Shown here piece after piece: positions 12,691 through 26,800 of a stretch of 64,000 bases of DNA (the first letter of the stretch is position 1; the number at the start of each line of letters is the position of its first letter). The notes under the pieces are model-generated. The model was not told the DNA's origin. It was given only the letters and a program-made list of their open reading frames with translations, and ran no database searches. Both the position numbers and the translations under genes were made by a program. Origin of the DNA: Camelus ferus (lineage: Eukaryota); the NCBI RefSeq assembly GCF_009834535.1, contig NC_045696.1:7690001-7754000 (forward strand), read 5' to 3'.

Positions 12691-15148
12691 TATTATGTTC
12701 AGATGCAATATGGTTTAGACTGAGAAATGGTTTATAGTAGGCTTGATTGAATCACAAAGAAGTGATAGATACTGATGTGAAAATGAAAGCTCAGAGGAAA
12801 TGACTATTAATTTCCACTTTGTTCAGCATAATGTTTATACAAAAGAATAAATGCAGCACATGTGTAAGTCATGAAGCACAGAATCAATGTGGATGTGATT
12901 CCAGCTCCATCTCTGCTTTTCTCTCGCCCTCCTACACTCCCCCTGCCCCCAGAACCCCTCAGCTGAACCTTGCATTTCACATCAAGGATGAACTTTTGCA
13001 AAACATGAGCCGACTGAGTTGCTGTAAATGCCCTGAACTTGATGGCCAAGTCCAACTCCATTCATCCTTTCATTAATTCGTGAACAAATGGAGTCTCTCC
13101 CATTTCCAGGTGTGCGTCCCTCGTCTATATTTTTGCATGTCAGAGCCTCCTCACCTGCTGCTTCTACTCAATTCCATAGTGTCTAAAGTGTTTCAATCTT
13201 GGCATTTCTGATGTTAGAATTAACATTGCTTTATAATTTGTTTTAGTCATCCTTGAGGGTAGCCCAGCCTTTCCCTGTGTCTATAGACAGGGACTAAAAA
13301 CTAACTCATCAAGATGTAATTTCTGGTCAATATTAGGCCTCCCATGTTAACTATCTTTTAGAGGTAGTTACAGATTTTTGCCTGTAAGAAAAGCTGTACT
13401 AAATGTCTGTATAAATGCTCAGCCTCAACTACCTCGTGATAAATGGCTAAATTATCTCTTAATTGAGTACAAGCGAAATACAATGGGAGAAAGAAAGAAG
13501 TGTTCAAACGCTGAAGCTTCTTCAAGGGAAATTGAATAAGTGCTCTTTCATGTCTGACTTTTTAAAAGTGGGTTTAATGACACTGTTGTGTGGCTAATGC
13601 CGTGGAAACACATATCCTCCTCTGAGTGCAGGCGCATAATAATGGTATTTAAGCTAGCCCATGGAAAGGGCCTTCCCTTGCCATTTCATGGGGTGTTTCT
13701 CATGTGATTACTTGGACAACCTAATGTAAAAATATTTTGGCTGCAGGTGTCACAGTGACACACTGGACCCTCTCTCCCTAGTGTGTAGGGACAAAAGCAG
13801 AGTCTTTGAGACCAGCACTTTTAATGAACCGTCTTATTGTAGACACTCAGAATCTAATAGTGTGCCTTTTGGTGAAGTTGTTGAGAATTTTAATGCATTT
13901 TAGTTCTCATTCATCACGGCCTATGTGCTCCTAGCAGGAGGGTCTTTAGAAATAGGATTAACTTCTAGAGGAATGCATTAGCCATGCCACAGAAGTAGGC
14001 AATGTGCTAACTAGTCTGATAGATTGCTCCAACCTTCAAATCCTTCTGGCCACCCTCCTCCCCGACTTTTTTCCCTTTATTGACAGCTTCTCATTGAATG
14101 GCTAGAAGCATTAGTGTATTTAGGAGTTAGATGTTTTGTATGATCCTAGGCTGATCTCATATTCCTTTTCTGAAATTAATTCGACACTGCTTTACATGTT
14201 AATCCGCAAAGGATTGATTTGGAGAAGGTCAGAGCAGTGCAGCCTCAGAAAATGGAAGAAAAGCTCCACTTAGAACAGCTCATTTCAGTTCCCAGACCTA
14301 AGCCGAGCTGCCTTTTCATTGTGGCACTTAGACAGCTGTAGGCGGCTTGGACACCTCGCAGAATACATCAAACAGTGGGGTTTGATGTGGGCTGGAGGAT
14401 CGTTGGACTAATTAAGTTTAGCTTGGTTAACCAATTGCAGTTTGCAAATTGAACAATTGCACTTTGAAAGCTTCTGACACAATAGAACACAGAATCTTCT
14501 TTTTAGGCATAAACATTCCCAATAATGGAGTAGTACTTTTTCAAAGAAGCTTATAACAAATCCACACAATTTGGATGTCTCTAATGTAAAGTTCGTTTCA
14601 CTGGTAACAAAACTCCAGTCTCCTTTATTCAGGGAATTGTATGATGTCAAAGACAAGAAGCCCCAGGGTAGTGGGTGGGGAAGGCGGTGGAGTGGGGTGG
14701 GGAGAGAAATATCCTGTGGGTGTAGAATAGGTGTGTGTTTGAGAATTAAGAGATTTAAATTCTTCTTCTTTTTTAAAATTTAAATATCTTGAGTCATAAT
14801 CAAACAAATATTGGAGAACAGATCACAACTATGGCACACGGTAATGGTTTTTAGAAGATGAAAACACTGTAAACCCAGAAAATCTAATTAAAGCTAATAC
14901 AGGGTCATTTGGAGAAAAGATTCAATTGTATAGGGAAGGGCAAAGAAACCAATTAAGTCCAGACTGAGCAGACACAAATGCTAAACCAGAGTAATTTCAA
15001 ATGCTAGTGAAAAGGAAAGTTAACAATGTTTATAATCTACCTTCATATCAAAGGATTCCATGATAGTAGTCTTTTCATTTTGAAAATAATGTGGTATGAA
15101 TTGCATCCTATTATCTAATGCTTAATCTTTCATTTTAATCTAATCTTT

Positions 15149-15374
15149 CTTGAAATTGAAGTTTAGTTGATTTACAATGTTGTTAGCTTCTCATGTATAG
15201 CATAGTGATTCAGTTTTACATATATACATATATTCTTTGTCATTATAGGATATTTCCAGATACTGAATGTAGTTCCCTGTGCTATACATTAAGAATTTGT
15301 TGTTATCTATTTTGTATATAGTAGTTTGTATCTGTTAATCCCAAATTCCTAATTTATCCCTCTTTTTTTTTTTT
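15149..15374 (-). mobile_element. 5'-truncated L1 3' UTR with imperfect 17-bp TSD
   Basis: attgaagtttagttgatttacaatgtt...gttccctgtgctataca...; TSD attttaatctaatcttt (15132-15148) vs atttaagtctaatcttt (15375-15391). Confidence 0.88.
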
Positions 15375-16419
15375 ATTTAAGTCTAATCTTTATTGAATGC
15401 TTACTGTTTGCTCTGGGAAGTTCCTACGACAGGCATGGTGTATTGCAGCCAAACGAGGTTGCTCTGAATGATTGCCAGGAAGGAGGAAAGCCAACTTTAA
15501 TTTTGCTAATGGAAGTCTTACTGGAATCTAAGCAGTGGCAACAGCTGACTCCTCTGATCCTTTGCTTAAGTAATTAGTATAATTGTGAGACTTTTTGAAA
15601 AAAGATTACTAATCATGGAAAAGGAAATATTACCACCTCTTTCTCTCACACCTGTGGGTATAAAGCAAAAAGCGGGGAGTGGGGAGTGCTTAGATCACTG
15701 GCCCTGTGGCCTCCCTGCCTTTGGCAATGTCGCTGCGGTACATGAGAATGCAGTCATGTTCTGACCCTCATCTGGAGTCGGCTAAGGTCCTGCGCCTTGC
15801 TCAAATGCCAGGCCGTCCTTTACACCAGTATAGTTTCTGGGGAAAGGAATTTGGGGAATACTTCTTGCTGTTCTTATTGGTGGATGTGGCTAATGATAAA
15901 ACAAGTTTGTGCCTCTCCCCTTCCTTTTTTTTCTTGGGACATAATCTGTTATGTGCTAATGAGAGAGCTTTCTGTCATCTGGATAAAATCATATCTGTTT
16001 CTGAAACTATATGGGGCTTCAGTTGCTTCTGGAGCATTGAATTCTGATGAATGGAAAGCGGGCTGAAATTTATTTCATTTATTATGAAATAAATGTATGT
16101 CTATACATTTAGGATTTATTGGACCAGGACCCTGCATGTTCCAGCCAGAGCTGTGTATCTCCACTTCTCAAAATAAATATTTGAGGTGGATCATTATCTC
16201 TACCCATCAACACATTTGGCTGGCTGCATCGACTTATATATAAAACTGTATTCCCTTGGATCCAGCTACATACATGGCTTCATCACTAGACAGGCTAAAT
16301 GCGAGGAGGTAATCTGATCTAAGGTGACCAGTCCATGGTTTCAGGGTAATATTGATCAATTCAAAACTTCATGCAAAGTAGCAAAATAACAATAACTACC
16401 ACAATAGTGATGACAATAT

Positions 16420-16650
16420 ATTAACAGTGAGGTTATCCAGCTCTTCCTAAATACTGGGCTAAGCACTTGATGCATTTTCTTCAATAATCCTTCACAGCAA
16501 CCCAACGACAGGGTCACTTTTATTGACCCCTTTTTACTGATGTGCAAACAGGCTGAGTGGTTATGTGGCCTGGGGTAGTGATGGTGTGCGTTGGAGTGAG
16601 GATTGAACACAGCAGGTTGACTCTGGACCATCGCACTTTTGAGCCTCCTG
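16420..16650 (-). mobile_element. MIR SINE
   Basis: ctgggctaagcacttga...aatccttcacagcaaccc...tttttactgatg. Confidence 0.7.
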
Positions 16651-17967
16651 AGTTAAGGAAGAACAATCGCCCCAAATTTAAAACCTCAGACAAGTGTCCC
16701 AATTTGAATGGATGACTAACAGAAACATCCTATTCATGATAATCAATGAACTGAGTAGTTTAATTTGGGGGTAGGAGAATTGTGGCCTTTGGATGACCAC
16801 AGTGATTTCTGATGCTCCCCCAGGTTACCAGTGGCTTTTTTTTCTGTCTTAAGTCAAAAGCATCGAGGACACTGGGAGAGCGTCATATACGGATGTAGAT
16901 GTCTACTCCTGGCCCACAGAATAAGCCACTAAACCAGGTGGGAGACTTCTCCAAATTACTCTCGGAAAGTGAGGCGTATGCAGGTATTGGTGTGCATGCG
17001 CTCTTGCCTCTGTGCACGTTCTAACAGTCTGGACACACCGATCTTCCATATTCTCTATTTTTTGCCTCGTAAACACCAGCATCCCTTCTCCCTCACCACC
17101 AAGAAACCAAATAATTTCAAACACTTCTGAACAATGCCCAGATCTGTAAAAAGTACTAGTGTGGAGACACCGCTCATCTTTGCCTGGTTACACTGTGAGA
17201 AATTTACATGTTGGGTTATTTTTCTTAATTAAGATATAAGGAGAATTTGGAGAATGTCTGCCTATTTTCTGGCCCCTTGTCTGTGCACACTGATTCGACA
17301 TTTATATGTAGCCACAGCTCTGCGTGGCCAGAGCTAGGGGCCATGGAGTCCTTGCCTCCTGAGAGCTCACATCAGCACAGTGTGGTCCAGAACATAGATA
17401 CAAACCAGGCTCAGTGCTGTGGGGACAAGAGGCATTCCCTGGAAAGCCAGGCCTCTCCTGTCCTCCAGGAGGCAAAGAAGAGGTGGTGGTGGTATCTGTA
17501 ACAAGTCTGTGCAAGGAGAGACTTGGACAGCTTTCTAGGCAGCCCTCAAATGCCTTCCCCTAAGGGTAAAACCATGGCCAGAACCTGAGGTCTCAAGTTG
17601 GTTTTAAGAGCACTGATTGGATGAATTCTGCAGAATTTATACCGTTTTCACTGGGTTATCCCAATGTGACAAGGCTTTTGAGGTGGATTTTTAAATGTGC
17701 TGCTTTGTTTCTCAACAGTAACATGAGAAGCACGCACGTCTAAAATTGTTTGATGCTTTTGCTTTTGGTGTCTTTGTTTCCTTTCAAACTAGTTTCTTAG
17801 TTTGTATGACGACAGTGGCTACTTATCACAGTGGGAAATTAGAGTTCGGAAGAGACCAGATCTTTGTATTTAAACTTAACTGTGAGAAGAGCTTCATTAA
17901 CTGCTGGCTTGCTGCTTCCTTGTCACCCTCGTGTCCACACCATTTGCTTGTCCCTGACCCTGTCTAC

Positions 17968-18140
17968 CAGGGCTTCAGAAAGCATGGTCTTTGCATCAGC
18001 AGCATCAGTAAGCAACACCTGGGAAGAGTTTAGAAATGCAGACCTCCAGGCATCCTGGTCTAATCAAGTCAGCGTCCACATGTTAAATTAACAAGATCCC
18101 AGGGTGGTCTGTATGCATAGTAAAGTTGGAGAAGCCCCAC
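17968..18140. mobile_element. MER5-like hAT element
   Basis: cagcagcatcag...cacctgggaagagtttagaaatgcaga...aacaagatcccagggt...aaagttggagaagc. Confidence 0.8.
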
Positions 18141-18291
18141 GTGGAATTCTACCAAAGCCCTTATTTTCTCCTTACATTTTCCCTTTCCTCACCTCCACCC
18201 ACCCCCTCAGCTGCTTTTTCGCTACTTTCTGGACTGCCAGAAAGAGGAAGAAAATGTAACTTCTCTTTCTCAGCATCATGAATGTTCTGCA

Positions 18292-18477
18292 TAGATTTGG
18301 CAGAGAAAATACAAGACACCTAGTTAAATCTGAGTTTCAGATACACAAGCATTTTTAGTGTAAGTACGTACCGTGAAATTTGGGACATACTTACACTAAT
18401 ACATTATCGGTTGTTTATCTGAAATGCACATTTAACTGGGCATTCTGTATTTCTGTTTGCAAAATCTGACAACCCTA
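18292..18477. mobile_element. MER53 palindromic DNA transposon
   Basis: Near-palindrome aaaatacaagacacctagttaaatctgagtttcagata...tatctgaaatgcacatttaactgggcattctgtattt ending ctgacaacccta. Confidence 0.88.
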
Positions 18478-21400
18478 GTATAACCCTTTTGGGGAGAAAG
18501 TGAGAGTAGACAAGGTAAACAAGTGATTTTAGAGCGGAAGCCTGGAGAGTCCCCCGTTCACCTTCCTACTTTGACCTGGTCAGTACTTTGAAATGGATGT
18601 GATTTGAGATTTTGAGTGAGCTGTTAGTGGCATCTTTCTCCTGACCTGGGTTGTGGGTATGAGGTGTGTTTGTGGGGGAGGAAATGAGGACCAAGGACAT
18701 CAAAGAAAACTATACCTTGTTCTTTCTGAGCCTCCAAAGACTTATCAAATTAAGCCGTACTCTGGAAAAACGCACACACACAAAAAAATGGGGGCACATT
18801 TTATCCACCTTGTGGCTTTAGGGGAGGGAACTTGCAGAATTGAACAGCAAAATTTGGAAGAGAAAATGCCCTCCATGTGACTATTTTCATTTCCACAGGG
18901 TTTGAATTTCGGCTTATTATTAAATTTATTTAGTATATTATTATATTATTAAAACTTCAGTTTTCTTATTTGATGAGGAACATGATGCTCTTGTTTGTTC
19001 ACCTAATTCGGTGGAGGTATCGCAGGTGTTTCTTGTGACCTAATATTCTTATTGTTAGGTACTTCCAGATGATGGAGTTTGACTCAAATGCCCTAAAGCA
19101 ATGAAACTCAGATTTAAGGTTTCAACATTTGCCATGACTCTTTGCTTTTTATGCCACTTAATAAGTTGTACATATATATTCTAAGGGAAGTTATGAGCTG
19201 CCTCATTCATTACACATTTTTCCAACTTGTAATTGTGTTGGCATCAAAATGTTGGCGACATTTGAAAGAAACTGGCATATTACTTGATCTTTGTAAATCT
19301 TCCAGTGATTTTACCTAAAAATGGCATTCAACCGTTTTCTTAAAAATTTGCATTTTTTACATTATCCCTGCTTGGGAAGTAAGCAGGGTTGGTAGAATCC
19401 TTTCAGGACTCATTCTAAAAGCTCAGCCTTTCAAGAAAAAGGCCTCCTGCTGTTGGCATGCTGACCTGAAAATCGTAAATAAGAACGTCTTTGGACCTCA
19501 GGCATGAATGAGATTATTACAGGAAATTATGTCGTGGAAGAAATGGAAGTTAGAATATTAAAACTTTGGTTGTTTGGCAGTGTGTTTGCGTTGCTTAGTA
19601 TCATAAAGTAGGTTTTACTGAGGAATGCTGACAAAATTTATAATCTGGTAAATAGATATTCCTAGCTGCAGCAAAATTATCCATGAGGTTTTTGTATTTG
19701 CAAATACATGTGTCATAATGTTGCCAGAAAACAGGAATTTAAGACTCCTTGTATATCTAATTTTTTTGGTTTTGATTTGTTTTTATTTTTGAGAGGAATA
19801 AAAGTCAGAAATGAAAAATTTAATAATTTTCATTTCTCCATTTTTTTCTGTGTGTAATATTTGGCTTGCTCTTTCATATGTAATTTCTTATTTCAAACTC
19901 ACTTATTTGACAAATAGTGTTTGGTTTTTGAGGAAATAATTTTCGTAACAATTTAAACAATCAGTTGAAGTCAAAATAATGAGAAGTAGATTTGGGGGCT
20001 TATGAAGCCTCACAACAAATTTTTAAACTTATTTAAAAATTTAAAATTATAGGACATAATTTGGCAAGTTTCAGTATTCAGCAGTCTTATTCTGCAACTA
20101 ACCATTGATCAAAAGTCAAAGGATTAGAGTACAGCATGAATGATATAAAGGATACAGAACTTTACAATGTTGTTAGTTAACCTACTCTGTGTTATAAAAA
20201 GTGTAATTAATACCACGGAAGGTTGATACTCTCTTTACTCTCTGTGAAATCCATTAGGAACCCGTCACCTCCCGACCTGAGCAGACTCTAAGAAGGTTAG
20301 AGGAAGGGAACACCTACTAAGTAGACTTTAGATACAGAGTTGATTGTATGAAAATTCAGTAGTTTTCACCCTGGCTTGGCTATACAGACACCCTGTCCTT
20401 TGTAGAAGGACCTCTGCCATAGTGTTCACAAGGCTAGTTTGTATCTCTTGTAATTTCCTCCTTATGCAGGATGATCATAGTAGGGCAGAAGGAACTGTCC
20501 AGTGTTCTAGGTGTCCCAGCCATATCTAGAACAGTAAAGAATCACAAAACGTCAGAGAATGAAGGGGCCTTAGCAAGCTCTTCCCCGGCCCTCTGGTTTT
20601 ACAGGTTAAGAAACCAAGAGTCAGGGGCGTGTAGTCCTCTCTCTCCACTCACCTGGTCAATGACCAATCCACAGTAGCTGCTCTGGCTCCCGAATCCTGG
20701 TCCTGTGTCTTTTCTGCCATCTCAAACCATCTCATGCTACTGGCCTTCTTCAGGCATCAAGTTCAGGAGCATGTGGGAGCACTGAAAGCAGGCATTTTGA
20801 AGGTTTAGAGGTGATTTAGGACTATATTGGTGCATTGGTGTCAGAAGTGGGAAAGAAGTCTGTGTAAATTATTTGACTTTTGAACTATTTGAACTAGTTT
20901 CTCTAAGGCCACTACAAAATTAGTCTTAGTTTCATACTTAATTTTATAAGAGGCAAACCTTGTTGTCTCACAATTTCCAGACTGTAAATGGAGCCTTTGG
21001 TTCTCCTAATATTATAAATGATACATTCATTACAGAGGCAGCATTACAGAGGAGGGGTGTGCTGGCTGAGTAACAGTGCAGTGCAGTGTTTGGGCCCTCC
21101 CTCAGCTGTTGAGAAGCCTACTGCTCCAGCCTACTGAAGGCAGAAGTTTCTGCCTCTCTGGCCTCAGCTGACTTGGCAGTGAGTTAGTTTTTGAACATCA
21201 GTTTGTAAAAATGAGGAGATGCATACTGTTCATAGTCCTGCAAGATAAGAAGTTCACTACTAGCTTGAACTGTAATTGACTAGAATAGTACAATTTTAAA
21301 GGGCATGGTAGTCATACCAGTAAAGGGCTGAAAGGTGCTACCCCTGGGTAGAATCCACTAAATCTGGGACTAGATTTTTGGCAGTTAAAAATGTGGAAAC

Positions 21401-21649
21401 TAGAAAACATCATGAATGGCATTTAAGACATGATCTATTAAGATGTAAGACAGTTACCTTACATATTCTATGACATATATTTTAGAGTCTGTCACAAACT
21501 GTCTTGAATGCGAACAGTCTGTGCCCCATGGCTACCTGGATCAGGTGTAAGATGGCTGTTCAGTTCATAGTCCCAGTGTGATTATATTTGGGGTTTTTTT
21601 TGGGGGGGTATACACTGAACCAAAGTTATTATTTTCAAAATTAATTTTT

Positions 21650-21845
21650 TTTCCAGTTATCTATTGCTGCAATTCAAAACCACCCCAAACCTTAAGTGGC
21701 TTATAACAACAACAATTTTATTATGTTTGGTAATTTTCTGGGTTAGAAATTTGGTCAAGGCTCAACTGGGTTCTTCTGCTTCATGTGGTGTTGGCTGAGG
21801 TCACATGGTGACACTCACTAGTGGATGGGCTGATCTGGAGAGCTA
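21650..21845 (-). mobile_element. MLT1G/H-like LTR fragment
   Basis: agttatctattgctgc...accaccccaaaccttaagtggctta...gaaatttggtcaaggctca. Confidence 0.75.
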
Positions 21846-21869
21846 TCTGGGAGAGACACCAGGTGGCAA

Positions 21870-22290
21870 CTCAGATCCTCTGAGAAAAATGAAGAACGTC
21901 GGAAATGGTGAATATTTGTGTAAATGAAAAATATCGGTGTTTTCCTTTGTGCTTTTCTCTCTCAATTTCTCTATTAACCATATAACTATTTAAAGGAAAA
22001 ATTATAACTGTGTTGTGGGGCTTACAGCATTTGTAGATAGGGTACATATAACAACCATAATGGTAGATACAGGCCTCTATTGTTGCAAGATTTCTGTATT
22101 TTACAGGAAGTGGTACAATATTGACTGTAAGTGGACTATGAAAAATTATGACATGTATTATAATTCCTGGTGCAGCCACTTAAAAATGCAAAGGAATATA
22201 GCTTAAAAGCCAATAGAAGAATTGAAATGGATATTCAAATAATTTTTTAAAAGACAGGAAATGAGAAACAGAAGAACATGGGTTTTTTTT
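21870..22290 (+). mobile_element. Old L1M fragment
   Basis: ggaagtggtacaatattgactgtaagtggactatg...tgtattataattcctggtgcagccact resembles L1MC/ME internal sequence. Confidence 0.55.
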
Positions 22291-23439
22291 TTTTTTTTTA
22301 CCCATTAAATGAATAAAAGAAAATAGTTTTTTAAAATTAGGTTAGACTAATATGACGGTAGCCTTTTTAAAGAACATTTATTAATATGGGAAAAACACTC
22401 CTGATGTATTAAGTGGAGGAAGCAGCATACGCAGCTGCTCCAGCATAACAGTAATTTTTTAAAAGTATGATATAGTCACACTCCAATGCAATATAGAAAA
22501 AAAGGTTAAAAGATATATATCAAAATGCCGTTTGGTGGTTGAATCATCGATGACTTGGTGTCTTACGTCTTGTTTTCTTTCATTTTCCAAGTTTTCTACG
22601 GTGAGCATGGGTTATCATAAAATCTGTTTTTTAGCTATTGCTAGTACATAGTCATAGAATAACACTTAGTTTTTCTATATTCTCACTTTATATAGTACTT
22701 TACTAGGTTTAATTTTATTCTAATAGTTTTTGACTGATTTTTTCAAGCATGTAGTCATGTGAAGTGCACATAACATAGCTAGTCAGTCCCTTAATGTCTG
22801 ACTGCCTACCTTAATGTGACGGAGAATCCGCAGCAGCTAATCGGTGAGTCCCTAATAGGTGGGAAATTACACCTCCTGGGTGACATCTTGGCTTCCTTAC
22901 CTACAGAGTAGACTCATTGTAAGGATTAAATGTGATGACGGATGTAAAGTCTTGACTGAGTCCGTGGCCATCATATGCTGTCAACAAATGTTAGTGGCTG
23001 TTTTTGTGAGGATGTATGTCTTAGTGCACACTCTCCTTCTGGAAGGGCACAGAGCTGAGCCCCCAGTCGCCACGACAGTCTGTGGGCCAATCGCATGGAA
23101 GGAGGAGCCATTGACAACACTCAGGGCCAGTCCTGGGCAGCTGTTCCTAAAAGCAACCTCAGTCCGGCTTGTGTGTTACATTTTCCTTATATTTAAAACT
23201 CTGTACCTTAGATGAAGATCTTCTCACTTAGGTGAGAATAAATGATGACTGTGAAGACTATAATGTTGATGCATAGCCAGTTAAATAGTCTGAAGAGGCT
23301 CACTATGGAAGGATCAATCTCTTGGTTTCTCCAAGGAGTAAGGAATCTGTCTGGTAAGCAGCCTTAGGGATGGTCCTGGCGATCTCTGCCTTTGGGTGTT
23401 CATGCTGTTCTGTAAGCCCCTCTGCTGCGTGTCGGCTGG

Positions 23440-23893
23440 ACCTAAAGCCTCGCTTTTAACATAGAATATGGCAAAAATAATAGAGTGTCGCTTCTGAGAT
23501 TAGGTTACCAAAAAAAAAAAGACTAGCAAGACTTCTTGCTGGCTTTTTCCAACCCTCTCTGACGTTTGGAGCTGTTGCTCTGGGAGGGGCAGGCTGATAT
23601 GCTATGAGTAGCCCTATGGTGAGGCCCATGTGGCAAGAAACTTGTTCATTTCCATGGGAAGCTGAGCTGTGCTGGCAGCCATGTGAGTGACCTTGGAAGT
23701 GGACCCTCTCCCAGTAGAGTGGTAAGATGACCATAGCCCCAGCTGACACCTTGCTTACAACCTGTGGGAGATACTGAGCTAAAAGCTCTCAGCAGAGCCG
23801 CTCCCAGACTCCTGACCCACAGAGCTAATGTGTGTTGTCTTAAGCTGCCAAGTTTGGGGTTAATTTGTCATGCAACAGTGGGTAACTAGTGCA
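23440..23893 (+). mobile_element. MLT1F/G-like LTR
   Basis: gaatatggcaaaa...cttctgagattaggtta...gtgagtgaccttggaagtgga...ctcctgacccacag...aagtttgggg...aactagtgca. Confidence 0.85.
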
Positions 23894-26800
23894 CTCTCTT
23901 AAGCAATTAAGTATCTTTCCTGACTTCTCCCACCTTTAGTCCTTGGGGAGTTATTACAGTTAAAAGCTGACTATCTTTTTTTTGGAGGCCTCCCTTGCTC
24001 TTTTCAAAAGTCATAAAAAGATGTGGCTTCGTTGTGATCTAGACTCCAGAGCCATGGCTTGCAGCCTGCTTTTTTGTCCCTTTGTCACTTCTCAAGGAGG
24101 ATGTCACACTCGGGAGCCACCCTTAGAGTTGTTCTCTGTGGGCCAGTGCAGCGAGACTGTGGCTGTGCCCGCTTTCCAGTCCCCGGGTCCCAAGCCCTCC
24201 CCATCACCACCTGCCGCATGTTGACTTACTGAGATAAAATGGTGGAACATTCTCTGGCCCAGAGTGCACAAAACTGAGCAGCGAGACACTGGATTCTAGT
24301 CCCACCTGAGCTGCAGCTTTGCCGTGTGGACCAGAACATATCTTTCTATCTAGTTTCTATGTCTCGAAGGCCCAGACAATAATAATCACTATTTTCCACT
24401 TTTTAAACAGAGCTTTTGGGAAAGATTTCCTCTGTAAGTGCTAGAAAACGAGTGTTTAATATTTTAAACCTGAGTGGAATGATTGTACAATTTCCAAACT
24501 ATAATAGAAGCCACCATTGTCCATAGACCTGTGAAGAGTTACAGGGAAAAGCAGCACCTCTTACCTAAGGAAAATATTTGCCAATTGAAAATTAGTTCCT
24601 CATACATTGCCTCTTTATTCTTTTAGCTCATACTCAATAAAATAGACATTTGGTGATGGACTTCTCACCACTCTCCCTGTGGCCATCGGCCTGTTCACAC
24701 CGTTCTTGGCTGCATTAAGTATCCCCAGTGCAGAGAATTAAGTCACGGTAAAAGTATACTCTGGATTTTACCAAGAGGTCACGGAGAGCCCCTCTTCCCT
24801 TGGCAGTCAGCAGCATTCTTATTACACTTCATTTATCTACTTGGGAGGACTCGAGAGGACCAGCTGGGCCCCTGTCTGCACTCATCAAGAGTTAATTTCT
24901 GAGTGAGGTGCTGCAGTCATGAACAAGTGCAGAAGGTACCCCGGTGGTCCTGCCAGACAACAGGGGCCCTTAATTAGCAGCAACGTTCAATCAGGCTGCT
25001 TAACCTGCCACAGGGCTTAGGTGGTCATGTCCTTCATGCCGCCCTCCCGTAAACATAGAACCCGCAGCCGGGCTCAGATGTCCGTGTGGCCTGGGATGAG
25101 GAGGACGGCACAGACCTGGGCCTGACACAGGTCCAAGGATACCCGGACGTTACTTTTATTTAAGATAGAGCAGTGAAGGTTAACGGAGGATTTGTTTGTT
25201 GTTTTTTCCTTTAAAATTTGGATTTTTTTTTTTTTTTTTTTGTCTTTGCCAGCTTCATATTTCCCAAGCTGGACATCATACTGACTTTCTTTGGTGTGAA
25301 AAACAATCTCTTGTTGTCCTGTTTCTGGTGTGGCTGAGGGCGGACAGCAGATACTGAGATAGCTCAGCATTGTTTAAGTCAGAACACCTCACCAGCTTTG
25401 AGGCCTGCCTTCACTGTGCCTCATCGCGGTCTGTTCAGCAGCAAAATGGAAGTGATTGTACCTGCCCCACCTACCTGGCCAAGCTGGTAGGAAGATCAAA
25501 TATAGAAACAGTTTGTAAACTGTGGAACGTTATTCCAATCTGAGGTGATATTACTGAATGTCAGGACTGCGTTGTTTTCATTTGACTCATTCATTATCGC
25601 CAAGGTAGGTATTTATTTTAGGTCACATAGAGGATGCCAAAACCTGGTGTTGGTAGATGTTTTGTATTTTCTTAGAAATGCTATCGAATATTGCAGCATT
25701 TAATAAATAGCAAATAAATATAAGTACTTCTTTAAATCCTGGCTGTGAGACTAACACCCGCTGAGGCCCATGGCAGAGCAGGGGGGTCAGCGTGGGAGGA
25801 GGGGAGGGCGAGGACTTCTTAGTTTGGTGCACCTCCTCCTGTAGTCACGAGACCCTCCAGGCACCGCTTCACTAGAGAAACCGAAGGTGGGCTGTGTCGT
25901 TTCATCAGTTCCATGGCCCATGGCGAGTAATTTGGGATGGTCCACCATGAATTCCCTGAGCAGGTCCCTTGATTACTTCCGGGCGAGGGAGCATTGCTTC
26001 TGATGCCTTATGACGAACCTGGCATCTTTCCTGACTCAAACGAGTAACTGGATTTACTTAACCTCAAGTGCCTTGAAATTCTTTCTGGTGATGAAACAGC
26101 CCACAAAGCAAAAGTGGAGGCAGCTCTCTGTGCCCTTGTAGGCAATGCAGAGTGTAACGTGGGGGGTGTAAATCAGTGACAGTTATAGCACCTGTTGGGA
26201 ACGTTACACCGAGCTGGGGGACCGCCCAGGAGGAACTAATGGACCTCGGGGAAGGCCAGTGGAGCCTGAGTCGCTGGAAGGTGTGGGTAGAAAACACATT
26301 CATTCAAGGTGGAAATGCTTAGCATTTTAATGTTACTGTAAATTTTAAGCTTCGTTCTTTATTTACCTGGCAGATTGGAGAGTGCTATGTCTTGGTGTAA
26401 TGAAGCATTATGTTGGTATAACGAAAAGGAAACTGCCCTCCTGACAGGAATTCGGTCTCACTAGAAGCTCATGGTCTGGTGCAGGGGGTCGCCTGGAGTG
26501 GATGTGTGTACACGAGGGTGCGCAGGCGTCGTTCCTGATGGGAAGTCGAGACCAAATTGCCCATTACAGCGCCTGATTCCATTCGATGGTTTCCTGAAAC
26601 AAATGTTGAGTAGCAAATCCTTGCCTGTTTGCAGGCTTTTTTTTTTTGTAAACCTAGGAAATTTTATTTCTTTAAAAACTTGTGTTTTTTTCTTTTTCCT
26701 ACTTCTGATTTGGAAACATGGAAATGATTTGTGTAGAATTATTTTGATTAAGAGGAAAGAATTGGAATTGTGGAGTAAATCAGTCACCAAAAAGTTCTTG

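Noticed and set aside
16068..16094. 11-bp inverted repeat (and a 10-bp one at 33908-33929)
   Set aside because: AT-rich and short; plausible by chance in 64 kb.
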